64,000 bases of DNA from Octopus vulgaris. Its lineage: Eukaryota. Positions 40,001-53,000 of this stretch are shown here, one piece after another (position 1 is the first letter of the stretch; the number at the start of each line of letters is the position of its first letter). The notes below the pieces were generated by a model that made no database searches, was not told where the DNA came from, and saw only the letters and a list, made by a program, of their open reading frames with translations. The stretch spans positions 13,454,001 to 13,518,000 of the forward strand of contig OX597840.1 of assembly GCA_951406725.2 (NCBI GenBank), written 5' to 3'. The translations under genes were made by a program, and so were the position numbers.

Positions 40001-40783
40001 CCATGGAATTATATCATAACTTGCATTGTTTTGGCTTTAAAAAATAAACACACACACACACACACACACATATGCACGCATACAGGGTTGGCCAAAAGTC
40101 ACCTGACAGTAAATCAAAACCATTTAATCCCAAGATTTGTGAGGGCGCGTGGCTTAGTGGTTAGGGCATTCGGCTCATGATCGTAAGGTTGTGAGTTCGA
40201 TTCCCGGCGACGCGTTGTGTCCTTGAGCAAGACACTTTATTTCACGTTGCTCCAGTCCACTCAGCTGGCAAAAATGAGTTGTACTTGTATTTCAAAGGGT
40301 CAGCCTTGTCACTCTCTGTGTCACGCTGATTATCCCCGAGAACTACGTTAAGGGTACACGTGTCTGTGGAATGCTCAGCCATTTGCACGTTAATTTCACG
40401 AGCAAGCTGTTCCGTTGATCGTATCAGCTGGGACCCTCGTCGTCGTAACCGGCGGAGTCTTTTTTTTTAAATCCCAAGATTTATTTATATTTAACAACTG
40501 AATGAATTTAATAAAAGCCTCTAAATATGAAAACTCATAAAAAATTGTTCAAATTGAAGTCCTTCTTGAGCGACACATTTTTCCATTCGAGTTTATACAG
40601 AATTAAAGATAGTATTTGTGGCATATTCGCCATTACCTTCTGCGGGAGCCGCGTGGCGCTTAGGTGTTTCTCTCTTAAACACACACATTCTGAGAGTCGA
40701 ACCCGCCATCCCTCGGCCGCGAGTTCGCTACTCTAACCACTAGGCCATGTTCCTCCATGTATTTGTATAGCCTATAATATATG

Positions 40784-40851
<68 letters not shown>

Positions 40852-42436
40852 ACGTGTGGTCTATACTATATATGTGTGAGTGTGTAGTATAAGCCACAAC
40901 TTCGAAGTCACTGTCACCACTCTTTCTGTAAATGAATTGAGTAATCCTTTAGTTTAATTGGAAAGTGTTTGCTTTATAACTCCACTTAAGAACAAACGTG
41001 AGAGAGAGAGGGAGAGGGAGGGAAGGCAGGAGAGAGCGGAAGGGAGAGGGAGGGAGAGAGAGGGGGAGGGGGAAGGCAGGAGAGAGCGGAAGGGAGAGGG
41101 AGGGAGAGAGAGAGAGAGAATTTATAACAAGATTATGTCATTATTTCAGTATGTGAAGGCGGTGAGGTCGACTTTGCCTTTCATCCTTTCGGGGTCGATA
41201 AATTAAATACCAGTTACGCACTGGGGTTGATATAATCGATTTAATCCGTTTGTCTGTCCTTGTTTGTCTTCTCTGTGTTTAGCCCCTTGTGGGTAGTAAA
41301 GAAATAGGTATTTCGTCTGCAGCTATATTCTGAGTTCAAATTCCGCCGAGGTCGACTTTACCTTTTATCCTCTCGGGTCGATAGAGTAAGTACCGCTTGA
41401 ACACTGAGGTTGATGTAATCGACTCATCCCCAGCTCCCCAGCCCCCTCAAGCTGCCCTTGTGGCAAAAAATAGAAGTAATTATTTCTGTATGTTAGTTTG
41501 TGAAGGCGCATGGCTCAGTGGTTAGATCGTCGAGCTTACGATCACGAGGTTGTGAGTTCGAATCCCGGACCGGGCTGTGTGCTGTGTTCTTGAGCAAGAC
41601 ACTTTATTTCACGTTGCTCCAGTTCATTCAGCTGTAGAAAGGAGTTGCAACATCACTGGTGCCAAGCTGTATCAGCCCCTTTGCCTTTCCCTTGGATAAG
41701 ATCAGTGGCATAGAGAGGGGAGGCCTGTATGCATGGGCAACTGCTGGCCTTCCATAAACAACCTTGCCCAGACTTGTGCCTCAGAGGGTAACTTTCTAGG
41801 TGCAATCCCATGGTCAGTCATGACCGAAGGGGGTTTCAGATGTTAATCTATACAAAGCATGATACTTCAAAATAAATCTTGTCTTATTCTGTATTTCATT
41901 TTGATTTCTTTTAAATGATTTTATCTCAAATATTGAAAATTCTTGTTTCAGTTTATAAAGATAAAAATACCATGATGCCATACGGGGAAGATATGTCCGA
42001 ATACGGAGACAATGAAGAGATGAAGAAATATTTAACACCAGGCTTTATCTACATGGACGCACCAGTATTTGGGGCTGGTTGTTGTTCCCTCCAAGTTACA
42101 TTTCAAGCTGCTGATATAAAAGAAGCTGCTTATCTTTATGATAATCTGGTACCTCTTACTCCAATTATGGTAAGGATGACCTTTTGGGGGTGGGGGACGG
42201 TAAAGTCACGAGCAGAACATCTCCATTTAGACAATGTGTGTTCGTAACACATGATGCTCAGCAGTTGTGTAAGGGGATACCGAGACACTGGGATGTTTCG
42301 ACCTTACTGCATGTCTCCTCAGTTAAAGCTACTCTACCTGACTGAAGAGCTACGGCATTGAGATTATTCTTAGTTGGTCTTCTATTGAAGTTACCTTTAC
42401 TAGCGAGTGTCTCCACTTAATTACAAACTCAGATCC

Positions 42437-42470
<34 letters not shown>

Positions 42471-42782
42471 TGAAGTATATTTGCCACTTAAATGTGGCTA
42501 ACCCTTAAGGGTAGCTGTTACTGTAGCCGGCTTTTGACACACTTTGTGTATCACGTCAGGTTGGAGATGGAAAGAATGGCTTCCCTTTGCAAATACTGAT
42601 AGGTCACAAAAAGTGTCAATAGCCAGCTGGAGGAGGTGTCTTCCTGAGGCTACAAGCTACAGTAGCAGCTACCCTTAGGGGTTAGCCACATTTAAGTGGC
42701 AGATATACTTCACGGTGTCGTGCAGCTACTGTTTATACCTAGCTCAGAGATTTATTATTGCTTATATATATATATATATACA

Positions 42783-42822
<40 letters not shown>

Positions 42823-43953
42823 GGTAAGATCGAAGGATCCAAGTGTAGGAAGTTAGTAAGCTTCGAGCAGTCCGTTGAAGGTATAAAAAACAGCTTTCAG
42901 AAACAATAGGGGGAGGGGCCTTTTGACATAAAAGGTTGTGAATTTTTCCCCATGTCGTAGTTCGATAAGTTGAAAATGTTATTTTATAGTTCACGGTTAG
43001 CAGCTGTGGTTGCTGTGGATGCGAATAAAAATTCAAAATTAGGTGATAGAGCAGATAAAATCCAGGTTAGATGTGTTTCATAGCTAACAGAACCTAGGAA
43101 GGCCCGACGAGTAGCTAGCGGATTACCCCTCGTTTGGGTAATTATCACTTCAGAGGTCCTTCTAGCTATGAAACATATAGCCTGGATTTTATCTGCTCCA
43201 TTCCCTTACTTTGGAGATAGATATATAATTCCTTTTTATTTATCGGTTTCAGCTCAAAGCTGTCGCCATGCTGGGGCACTGACGTTTTTCTACTGTTATT
43301 GACACCTTCTTCTGATATGTGGCCCTTGGTCAATAAAGGAGTTTGATGTCGCTACTCTCATTTGCGCCTCCTACCGCGAGGTATGTTCATCTGGGACACT
43401 CAACAGGAAGAGATCCAGTTTTGTTTTGAAAACACCTACATCCACCTTGTGTAGGTCCCTCAGGCTCTTGAGAGAATATTAAAAAACTGTGGGCCCCTAA
43501 ATCACAGGCTGTTGCAGTAACTGGTCCTGAAGCGTGACGACATTGTCGGGATCTTTGGCACTGTGCAGTGACGATCCGTTCTGGTATTTGTGTAGCTTTC
43601 AATGCCAAAATTTGGCACAATTATTTCCAGGATCTTCCAGGATCGCCACTCCATCTATGGCTAATATATCTTCTTCGCCAATGTCGATGTAATCCATCGT
43701 AACTGCCTCACTGGTTATAGCTGAGGCGGCAAAGAAATCCACTGGTTCGTTCTCTTGCCTGTGTTCCAACGGGATAGTAAACACACTTTTGAATTGGTCA
43801 TTAAGTACCCCACTGATCCTGGTTGGGTTATTTGTGATGGAGCCATCCTTCTGGAAGAGGGGTCCTATTTTGCAGCGTACTGAGACCCCTCCTTTCGCAT
43901 AAAGAAAGAAAGCCTTTGGATTTGACTTTGTTTTTTATAACACAGGCTTCTTT

Positions 43954-44013
<60 letters not shown>

Positions 44014-47000
44014 ACATAGGATTGTTGCAGACGTTCTTCAATCTCCATCAGTGTTCTTTTTAGGCGGAACCTTTCACTGCTTTTGGAATGTTGGTTGAAA
44101 CGATTTGCAACTTTCGTCCGTCGCCTCATGAGGATTTTCCTCTCCCTTGGAATCTCGTTCTTTTTTTTTTGTGTTAGCCTTGTGCTCTGGGACATATTTC
44201 TGACATATGGTTTGTATAACAGACATGAAATACTCTAGTTTCATGCTAATGTCTGGTGTAGAGAGACATTTTCGTCAGTCCTGAGGTTCTCTTTTTGGAT
44301 ATATTTCCAGTCTGCTTTGTGGAAGTTCAGATTGGAGAGATTTTGCGTGCTTCCTTTAGATTGTATGACTCTCGCTACTTTTTTCCTGTACATAGACAGC
44401 TGTATTATGTTGATCCGAAACTAATATCGGCGTCACTTTCACATTATGAACGATGTCTATATTGTTTGTGAAGCAGAGATCCAATATGTTATTTTCTTTG
44501 GTTGGTCGGAGCACAATTTGCTCCATGACTAGAGCGTTAGTGAGGTTGAACAGGGACGCCGCCTGTATTTGTTTGCAATGAGTCATTCTTGAGAGCATGA
44601 GGCCCTCGGGCCATTTGACAGTTAGGAAGTTGAAATCGCCCGTAAGAAACACGCTCACGTGATATTCCAGTTTCATGGGAGTTTCTTTTAATTTTGTGAA
44701 GCAATCTTCAGACTTGCCCGTGTGGTTTGGAGTATCCGGTGGGCGATATGTACTGCATATGACTGTATTGTGTTGTCTTATGTATACAATTTGAGTGTCA
44801 CATGCTGAATTTTAGTAGAGCATGGGGCGCGAGGTCAACTCCACCATGGCTCCTTTTCCTTCTGTCCGTTCGCAGTACGGTATATTTTGGCACGTGACTT
44901 CCTGTATTCTCTCTATCAGGCCTATAATGAGTTTCTACAAGTGCTATGCATAGGGCTTGATGGCATGCAGTAAGATCTCTCAGGAAAAAAGATTTTGATT
45001 TTGTTGTGATACAACAGGCCTGAGGCTATAGTAAAAGACAGTTGCCCAAGATTCCACGCAGTGGGACTGAACCCAGAACCATGTGGTTGGGAAGCAAACT
45101 TCTTACTACACAGCCATCTGTCCGTTCGCAGTACGGTATATTTTGACACGTGACTTCCTGTATTCTCTCTATCAGGCCTATGATGAGTTTCTACAAGTGC
45201 TATGCATGGGGCTTGATGGCATGCAGTAAGATCTCTCAGGAAAAAAGATTTTGATTTTGTTGTGATGCAACAGGCCTGAGGCTATAGTAAAAGACAGTTG
45301 CTCAAGATGCCACACAGTGGGACTGAACCCGGAACCATGTGGTTGGGAAGCAAAACTTCTTACTACACAGCCATTTAAAAAAAATATTTGCTCATTTGTC
45401 TTTCTTCTTTTCAGCTTCCATTCACTGCTGCGGCTCCCATTCATCGTGGCTTTTTGACTGATGTTGACACTCGCTGGCTTTCCCTTTCTCAGAGTTGTGA
45501 TGATCGTACCAGACAAGAACGTGGATTAGAAGTGAGTTTTAATACGTTTACCTAACTCAAGGCGGTGAGCTGGCGGAATCGTTAAGACGCCAGGCGAAAT
45601 GCTTAGCGGTATTTCGTCTGCCGTTACGTTCTGAGTTCAAATTCCGCCGAGGTCGACTTTGCCTTTCATCCTTTCGGGGTCGATTAAATAAGTACCAGTT
45701 ACGCACTGGGGGTCGATATAATCGAATTAATCCGTTTGTCTGTCCTTGTTTGTCCCCTCTGTGTGTAGCCCCTTATGGGCAATAAAGAAACAAGAATAGT
45801 TAGGACTCCGGGCAAAATGCTTAGAGGCATTTCGTCTGTCCTTACATTCTGAGGTCGACTTTACCTTTTATCCTTTCAGGGTTGGTAAAATAAGTACCAG
45901 TTGAGCACTGGGATCGATGTAATTAACTTAACCCCACTCCTGATATTGCTGGCCTTGTGCCAAATTTGAAACCAGTATATATATCTCAATGGCGTCTAAA
46001 GTAAATTTTTTAAAGATTCCTCCTCAGTTTCTTAACAAAAATCGTCTTGAAGAATACACGTTGAGTGTTTGGGCAAAATTTGATAGTTGGCATGCGAGGT
46101 CTGATCAATTAGTATCCGAACTGTTGCCATAGTAACGAATCTAAAGCAGGCAGAGTAAAGTCGCTTGGTAAAAATTGACCTTAAATTCTACTGTGTATGC
46201 GCACTAAATTTTAATGTTCTAGCTCACTTCCGCTGTTTACTGCAGTGCTTGAAAGGAACGTGTGTAGCGTGTGATCGTCGCATTGACCATGACAGAGAAC
46301 GTTGTCTTGGCGATACCTGCTCAGAAGTCTACACAAAGTTGCAGAAAGTGTCTGGAGAGGAGTGTATGAGCCGCATACAAGGGTACGGGTGGTTCAGGCG
46401 TTTCCAAAATGGTCGAAAAATTTCGAACATTCTACGAGATACGCAACCAGCAGAACTGTGAAAAACATCGCAGATGTGCGTACAGCCGTGAGTGGAAATT
46501 CTCGAATCACCATCCGTGAGTTATCAGAGGATGTGCAGATTAGTTACGGTTCAGTTCAGTCCATTATCACTGAAGATTTGGGTATGAGACGCATGTCTGC
46601 CAAAGTTTGTGCCAAAACTGCTTTCAGCTGACCAAAAAGACACTCGGGTTTCAGTTACACAAGATCTCCTTCATTGTGTCGAGAACGATGAAAACTTTTT
46701 GAAAACTTTGCGCAGGCCTCTGAGCTGGTATCTCCAAGCTTTTGGCAAAACTTGATGCAGATCCTCTGCTCAACTTTCTCCATCATGGTCAATGCGACGA
46801 TCAAACACTACACACCTTACTTTCAAGCACTGCTGTAAACAACGGAAGTAAGCTAGAACGTTAAAACTTAGTGCGCATGCACAACAGAGTTGTACAGAGT
46901 TCCAAACGGCTTTACTCTGCGTGCTTTAGTTTCGTTACTATGGCAACAGTTCGAACATTTGTTGATTAGACCATGTACAAAGAAAAGAAAATGCAATATC

Positions 47001-50000
47001 CCATCTAATAAAAATTGTATTTAAAAAACTTCAAAAAATATCAACTAGATTATGGCTGAGAGATAACAGGTTACTCAAAGTAACCGCCTTCCGCTTCCAT
47101 CGTAGCCTTAAGAAGGTTTCGGAATCCCTGTGTCCCTGGAAAGATCTTCAAGCACCTTCTTGATCTTGGTCACCAGCTCGGTGTTGGTGTTGCAGGCAGA
47201 GCGGTTGGCGTCTTCCCCAACCACGCCCTACACATAGTAATCCATGGCATGACAATCGGAGGAATTAGGAAGCCAGAAATTGGGGCTAGAAAAAGGTGGC
47301 GAGTTGGCAGAATCGTTAGCACGCCGGGCGAAATGCTTAGCAGTATTTTGTCTGCTGCGGCGAGCTAGCAGAATCGTTAGCACGTCGGGCGAAATGCTTT
47401 GCGGTATTTCGTCTGCCGTTATGTTCTGAGTTCAAATTCCGCCGAGGTCGACTTTGCCTTTCATCCTTTCGGGGTCGATAAATTAAGCACCAGTTACGCA
47501 CTGGGGTCGATGTAATCGACTTAATACCTATGTCTGTCCTTGTTTGTCCCCTCTATGTTTAGCCCCTTGTGGGTAATAAAGAAATAGGTATTTCGTCTGC
47601 CGTTACGTTCTGAGTTCAAATTCCGCCGAGGTTGACTTTGCTTTTCATCCTTTCGGGGTCGATAAAATAAGCACCAGTTAAGCACTGGAGTCGATATAAT
47701 CGACTTAATCCATTTGTCTGTCCTTGTGTGTCCCCTCTATGTTTAGCCCCTTGTGGACAATAAAGAAATAAGAAACTGGGGCTAATGAAGTTGCAAGCAT
47801 TCTCAGCCAACCAATTCTGAATCTTTCCCAAGATGTGGCAAGGAGCTGAATCCTGCTGCCACACATTATGGCCTTCCATCAGTGACCCTCTCCATCCAGG
47901 GTTTGACCACAGTCTCCATCAGTTTCACATAGCCGTCTGAACTAAGCCAAAGACCCTGTTCAAAGATGTAAGGCGGCATGATGTTACCCTTACTAGAGAC
48001 ACATACAAAGACCGTCACAGTTTGGGGAACCTTGATTTTCATGATTCATGACGCATTACATGGATTGTGGGTAAACCACGTGTTCTTTTGGGTGTTGTGA
48101 AACTGGTCCTGGTAGACCTTTTTACATGAGAAGGTCCAGACGATCCCCTTGATCAGCTTGTTCGGGAGCTTCTTTGCGTTTGTCAAGCTGTTCTCCTTAG
48201 TCTTGGCTGTCAGAATTTGTCCCTTGCGCCTCTTGTATGAGTTGTAACTAAGGTCCTCATTCAGGGCCATCTTCATGATGGTGACTCCAACACTTATCAC
48301 TCTCGCCAAAGCCTGGATTCCTTTACTTAGATCTTCTATTATGTTGTCCTGCAGTTGTTGGATGAATTCTGGCGTGCAGAACGCCTGCTTTGTTCCTTCC
48401 TGTTAGCAACGGCTTCACACAGTCTCCCTCTTGCAGCTGGCCATATCACGTCTTACAGCCTTTACACTGTTCTCAAAGCTTTGTGCTGCAGACATGATGA
48501 CAGCATTTTGATACCCAGCAATAATCATCATGGCACAGGTAATTCTTTTTTAATATTCAGACCGTCGACCGTTCACCTGTACATTAAGCTGTTTCTGAAA
48601 TGAAGACATAAAAAAAATCGCCAGATTGAGTCGGGACACTCTATATTAAAGAAGACCTTGAAGCAGGTGAGAAGTTTAGTTGTAGAAAATCTGTCTCCAC
48701 GAAGGCGACGAGTTGGCAGAAACGTTAGCACGCCGGGCGAAATGCGTAGCCGTATTTCGTCTGTCTTTACGTTCTGAGTTCAAATTCCACCGTGGTCGAC
48801 TTTGCCTTTCATCCTTTCGGGATCGATTAAATAAGTACCAGTTAAGCACTGGGGTCCATATAATCGACTTAATCCATTTGTCTGTCCTTGTTTGTCCTCT
48901 CCGTGTTTAGCCCCTTGTGGGTAGTAAAGAGATAGGTATTTCGTCTGCCGTTACGTTCTGAGTTCAAATTCCGCCTAGGTCGACTTTGCCTTTCATCCTT
49001 TTGGGGTCGATGAATTAAGTACCAGTTACGCACTGGGTCGATGTAATCGACTTAATCCATTTGTCTGCCCTTGTTTGTCCCCTCTCTGTGTAGCCCCTTG
49101 TGGGCAGTAAAGAAATAAGAAAATCTGTCTCCACAAATTCTGTCTGATTCATGCGAGCATGGAAAGTGTACGCGTTTAAACTATGATGGTAATAGTACTA
49201 ATCTAAATATGAACCGCTTATGGCCGTGGGTGAGTTGGTATTAGTTAAAGAATAAATGTCTTGAAATCGTTTCTTTTACATATATACTTTATAATCTCTT
49301 GTCTTCATTTAGCCTTTGACAAATGGAAGTGTTTTTATTCCAACAACGCGTTTTGATACAGTATGCAGTTACCTTTCTGTGAGCGACCAATTTTATAACG
49401 ACTATGATTACAGTTATGATCCTGAGCAGTATGAATTATTGAAGGCTGAAGGTATTTAGAAATTATTTAAAACATAAAAATAGTTTTGGGTTTATTTTGT
49501 ATGAAAATATTATCATTAACAGAATTATCTTTTTTACTTTTCCGACTTTGTATCGAGTTGCAAAAATTTACTCTCAATTTTTTTTATTTATGCGCCCTTT
49601 TCAAGCCTAGCTAGGCTCATGGGCCCGGTTTCCCGGTTTCTGTGGCGCATGTGTTCCTCACCAGCTGGACGGGACGCCAGTCCATCGCAGCGTTACTCAA
49701 GAAACAGAAAGAAAGAGTGAGAGAAAGTTGGGGCGAAAAAGTACAACAGGGGTCACCACCATCCCCTGCCGGAGCCTCGTGGAGCTTTAGGTGTTTTCGC
49801 TCAATAAAAACACACATTGCCCGGTCTGGGAATCGAAACCGCGATCCTCCGACCGCGAGTCCACTGCCCTAACCACTGGGTCATTGCGCCTCCACTTACT
49901 CTCAATTGCATTCATTAAAGCATCTAAGATTCGTGTTAATCGTTCAAAAATACACAGAAACGAATAATTTCACTTAACTGCTTGGTGTCAAAATCATCGT

Positions 50001-53000
50001 TGCACTGTCTGTAATCTGGTTAGGAATGAGGATTTTGACACCAAGTAATGCCAAGGACCACTCCGTCGTTTACGACGAAGAGGGTCTCAGCTGATACGAA
50101 GGTATGTCTACGAAATACTAGATTAGGTATTTGACGGCAATAAAGGACATTTTATTTCTTGAAATAAATCTTTAAAAAATGGTCTCTATTTACCTTTGAT
50201 ACATATTACTCAATTATCAATTTTTCTCTTGAAAACATGCTACAATTTTATAAATTTAATTAATTAAAATATTTTTTTAATTAATCAGGTGTTGATGAAA
50301 TGATGGCCAAATATGTTGCCCAACTTCTTGTTAGAGATCCAATCACTTTGTACAAAGAAAAGGTTCATCAAGACGTGGAAGACACTGATCACATTCAGGT
50401 GAGACATCGGTTGAACACTTTATTTGTAAATAAGTCCATTAAATAGTAAAGGAACGTAGCTAAAGTGGTTGAGGTGTTCGGTTCACAATCATAGTGTCGT
50501 GGGTTCAATTCGTAGTGAATAGGACGCCAAAGTGTTACAGAGTTAACTTCCTAACTGCTCCTACTACTTCTTTCTTTTTCTTTTTCCTCTTTTTCCATTT
50601 CTTTTATCCTTTTCTTTTTCTTTTTCTTTTATTTTTCTTTTCTTTTTCTTCTTCTTCTTTTTCTTCTTCTAATCAGGACTCACGCCATTAGCCACACAGA
50701 ATAATCGCTAATTCGAGCCTACCCTAAGCTACTAAGAGTGCATGTGGCAACTTGAAGATCCACCCACCACACATGATAGACTGGCGGTTGCACGGGCGCG
50801 AAAGCTACGTTGTTATACGCATTCCGTAAACGGTGGCTTTTAACGGGTGGAGAGCTGAACCATCATTGGGTACAGAGGATTCGTAATCTAGACTAGGGTT
50901 TGAAAGTTTACCACCCCATAGTGGATTACACATTGGTTCCTCCTGCCACAAAGCTTTGTGGCAGAAGTAAGAAAAGAGTGAGAGAAAGTTGTGGTGAAAG
51001 AGTACAGCGGGGTTCACAACACCAACACCCCCCTGCGCCGGGGCCTCGTAGAGCTTAGGTGTTTTGCTCAATAAATACTCACAATGGGAATCGAAACCGC
51101 ATTCTTACGACTGCGAGTCTTCTACCCTAACCATTCTTACGACTGTGAGTCCGCTACCCCAACCACTGGGCCATTGCGCATCCACCTAACTGCTGCTGGA
51201 ACTCTGTGCCACATAAAAAGCACTGGTGATGGTGCCTTGTAAAAATCACTGGTGATAGTGCCATATAAACGGCGCTGGTGTTGGTGCCACATAAAAAGCA
51301 GCGGTGATGGAACCATAAACATAGGATTCCTTGAAGAGAAGCAAACACTCATAAGAATCTTGTACTCTGCTATTTTATTTATCCAACCCAAATAGTTGAA
51401 AGCAGGATTTGAACTCATACTGGAGAGAACTAGAAGAAATAAGTGGTACATTTATAGGAACTCTAACAACTCTGTAGTCTTGTTACCTAATGCAAGAATT
51501 AATATATTGTGGAACACGATTTTTGTCCTTGGGCAGCAACTGTTATTTCCTATTTGCTTACCCTAAGAAAGTAAGAAAAATAACTAATATTTCCTTCAAA
51601 CTTTACTTTTCTTATATTTATTCAAACCCAAAGAATTCCTCTCAACACATGGCTATGATGCTCCTCCATTACTGCTGCTCATCATCAGAGATGCACATAT
51701 TGTCAGCCACTTAGGGACTTGCTCAAGTGATTAAGGTCAAGCAACTGTTAAGTAAATCTGTGCTATTGAACAGAATATTTGATTCAGCTTCTGCAACTCA
51801 GTGCTGAATTTGTCTGAAATTTAAAGGAAAATAGGTCAATTTCAGAACATCGATGTCCAAGTGACAAAGGCAAACTATGAAGGGGATAGTAGTCATTTCC
51901 TTTGATTTCTAGATAGAAGCAAATAGGAAATGTAACACTTACTGGCAAACACACACAAAAATAATAAAATTTTTTTTTTACAGTGTTATCAATGTGCAGG
52001 AAAGTTGAGACAAATGCGTGATAGCATAATTGCTTGAATTCAATAATGTTGTTGAAATATAAGGAATCTTTTCTTGAACTTTCAAATTTCTTACATTTTT
52101 CGTAAAAGAGGACCATTAAAGGGAATAAAAGTATTATGAACAAAAATGTTGAAGGGTTAAATGTGATATTTCGATACAATATCGATAAAGTCAGTAAACC
52201 ATTTATTGATATTAAAAGGCGAAGCTGAAAGCTCTGTGCAATAGTAATTGTCAATAGATGTTTGTTATGAATCTTTATCGAAGGATTCCAAAAAATCAAT
52301 GAGAAAATTCTATTGGATGTGTTTTAATTGAAAAATTTTTCACAGCTTTGACCTCACAAAATATACACTTTTACATCATACATTGGTAAAGGTCAAAGGT
52401 CACTTTAGATTTTGCTTTTTGTTTAAAATATGTAAACATTTTCTATTCATTTTACACAGCAATTATAACAAACATGACTAAATACTTTTTCTACACATCA
52501 TAATACTAAATAACAATTAGGTGTACGTTATAAATGTGAGCTATGCCCTACATTTTATCATAACCAACAATTTGTGATGTGCATTATACTCTAGTATGTA
52601 TTATGAACGGATGAATATATTTGTTATTAAATCAATTATATATATATATACACGTTCTATATATGTGACTAAAGTTGTTTAACATTCTGTTTTAGACCAT
52701 TATTGGAAGTAATTGGCACACCTTGAAACTGAAACTTCCTGATGAGAAATCTGGATGGAAAATAGAATTCAGGACAATGGAGGTAACATTTTACTAGAAA
52801 CTGTCTCCGTAAAAGATATTTCTGTATACTTCATTGTATATAGGTGCAGACATAGCTTTTTGGTGTTGGTTTCATATCAGCATGGTTATGAGTTCAATCT
52901 CAGTGCAAGACACCTTGCAAAAATATTTTCTAATAACATTGGGTTGATTGATACTTTGTGAGTGGGATTTGGAAGAATTTGTTATATTATTTGACTTGTT

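Noticed and set aside
42288-42325. Minus-strand CTGAGGA-GAC..GTC-GAAA hammerhead-like core
   Set aside because: No stem I pairing could be found; treated as a decayed remnant.
51205-51320. Regular 26 bp repeats resembling a CRISPR array
   Set aside because: Units are contiguous with no unique spacers, there are no cas genes, and the context is a eukaryotic intron.
51784-52299. 171 aa minus-strand ORF in intron 10
   Set aside because: AT-rich composition, no ATG start and no recognisable motif.
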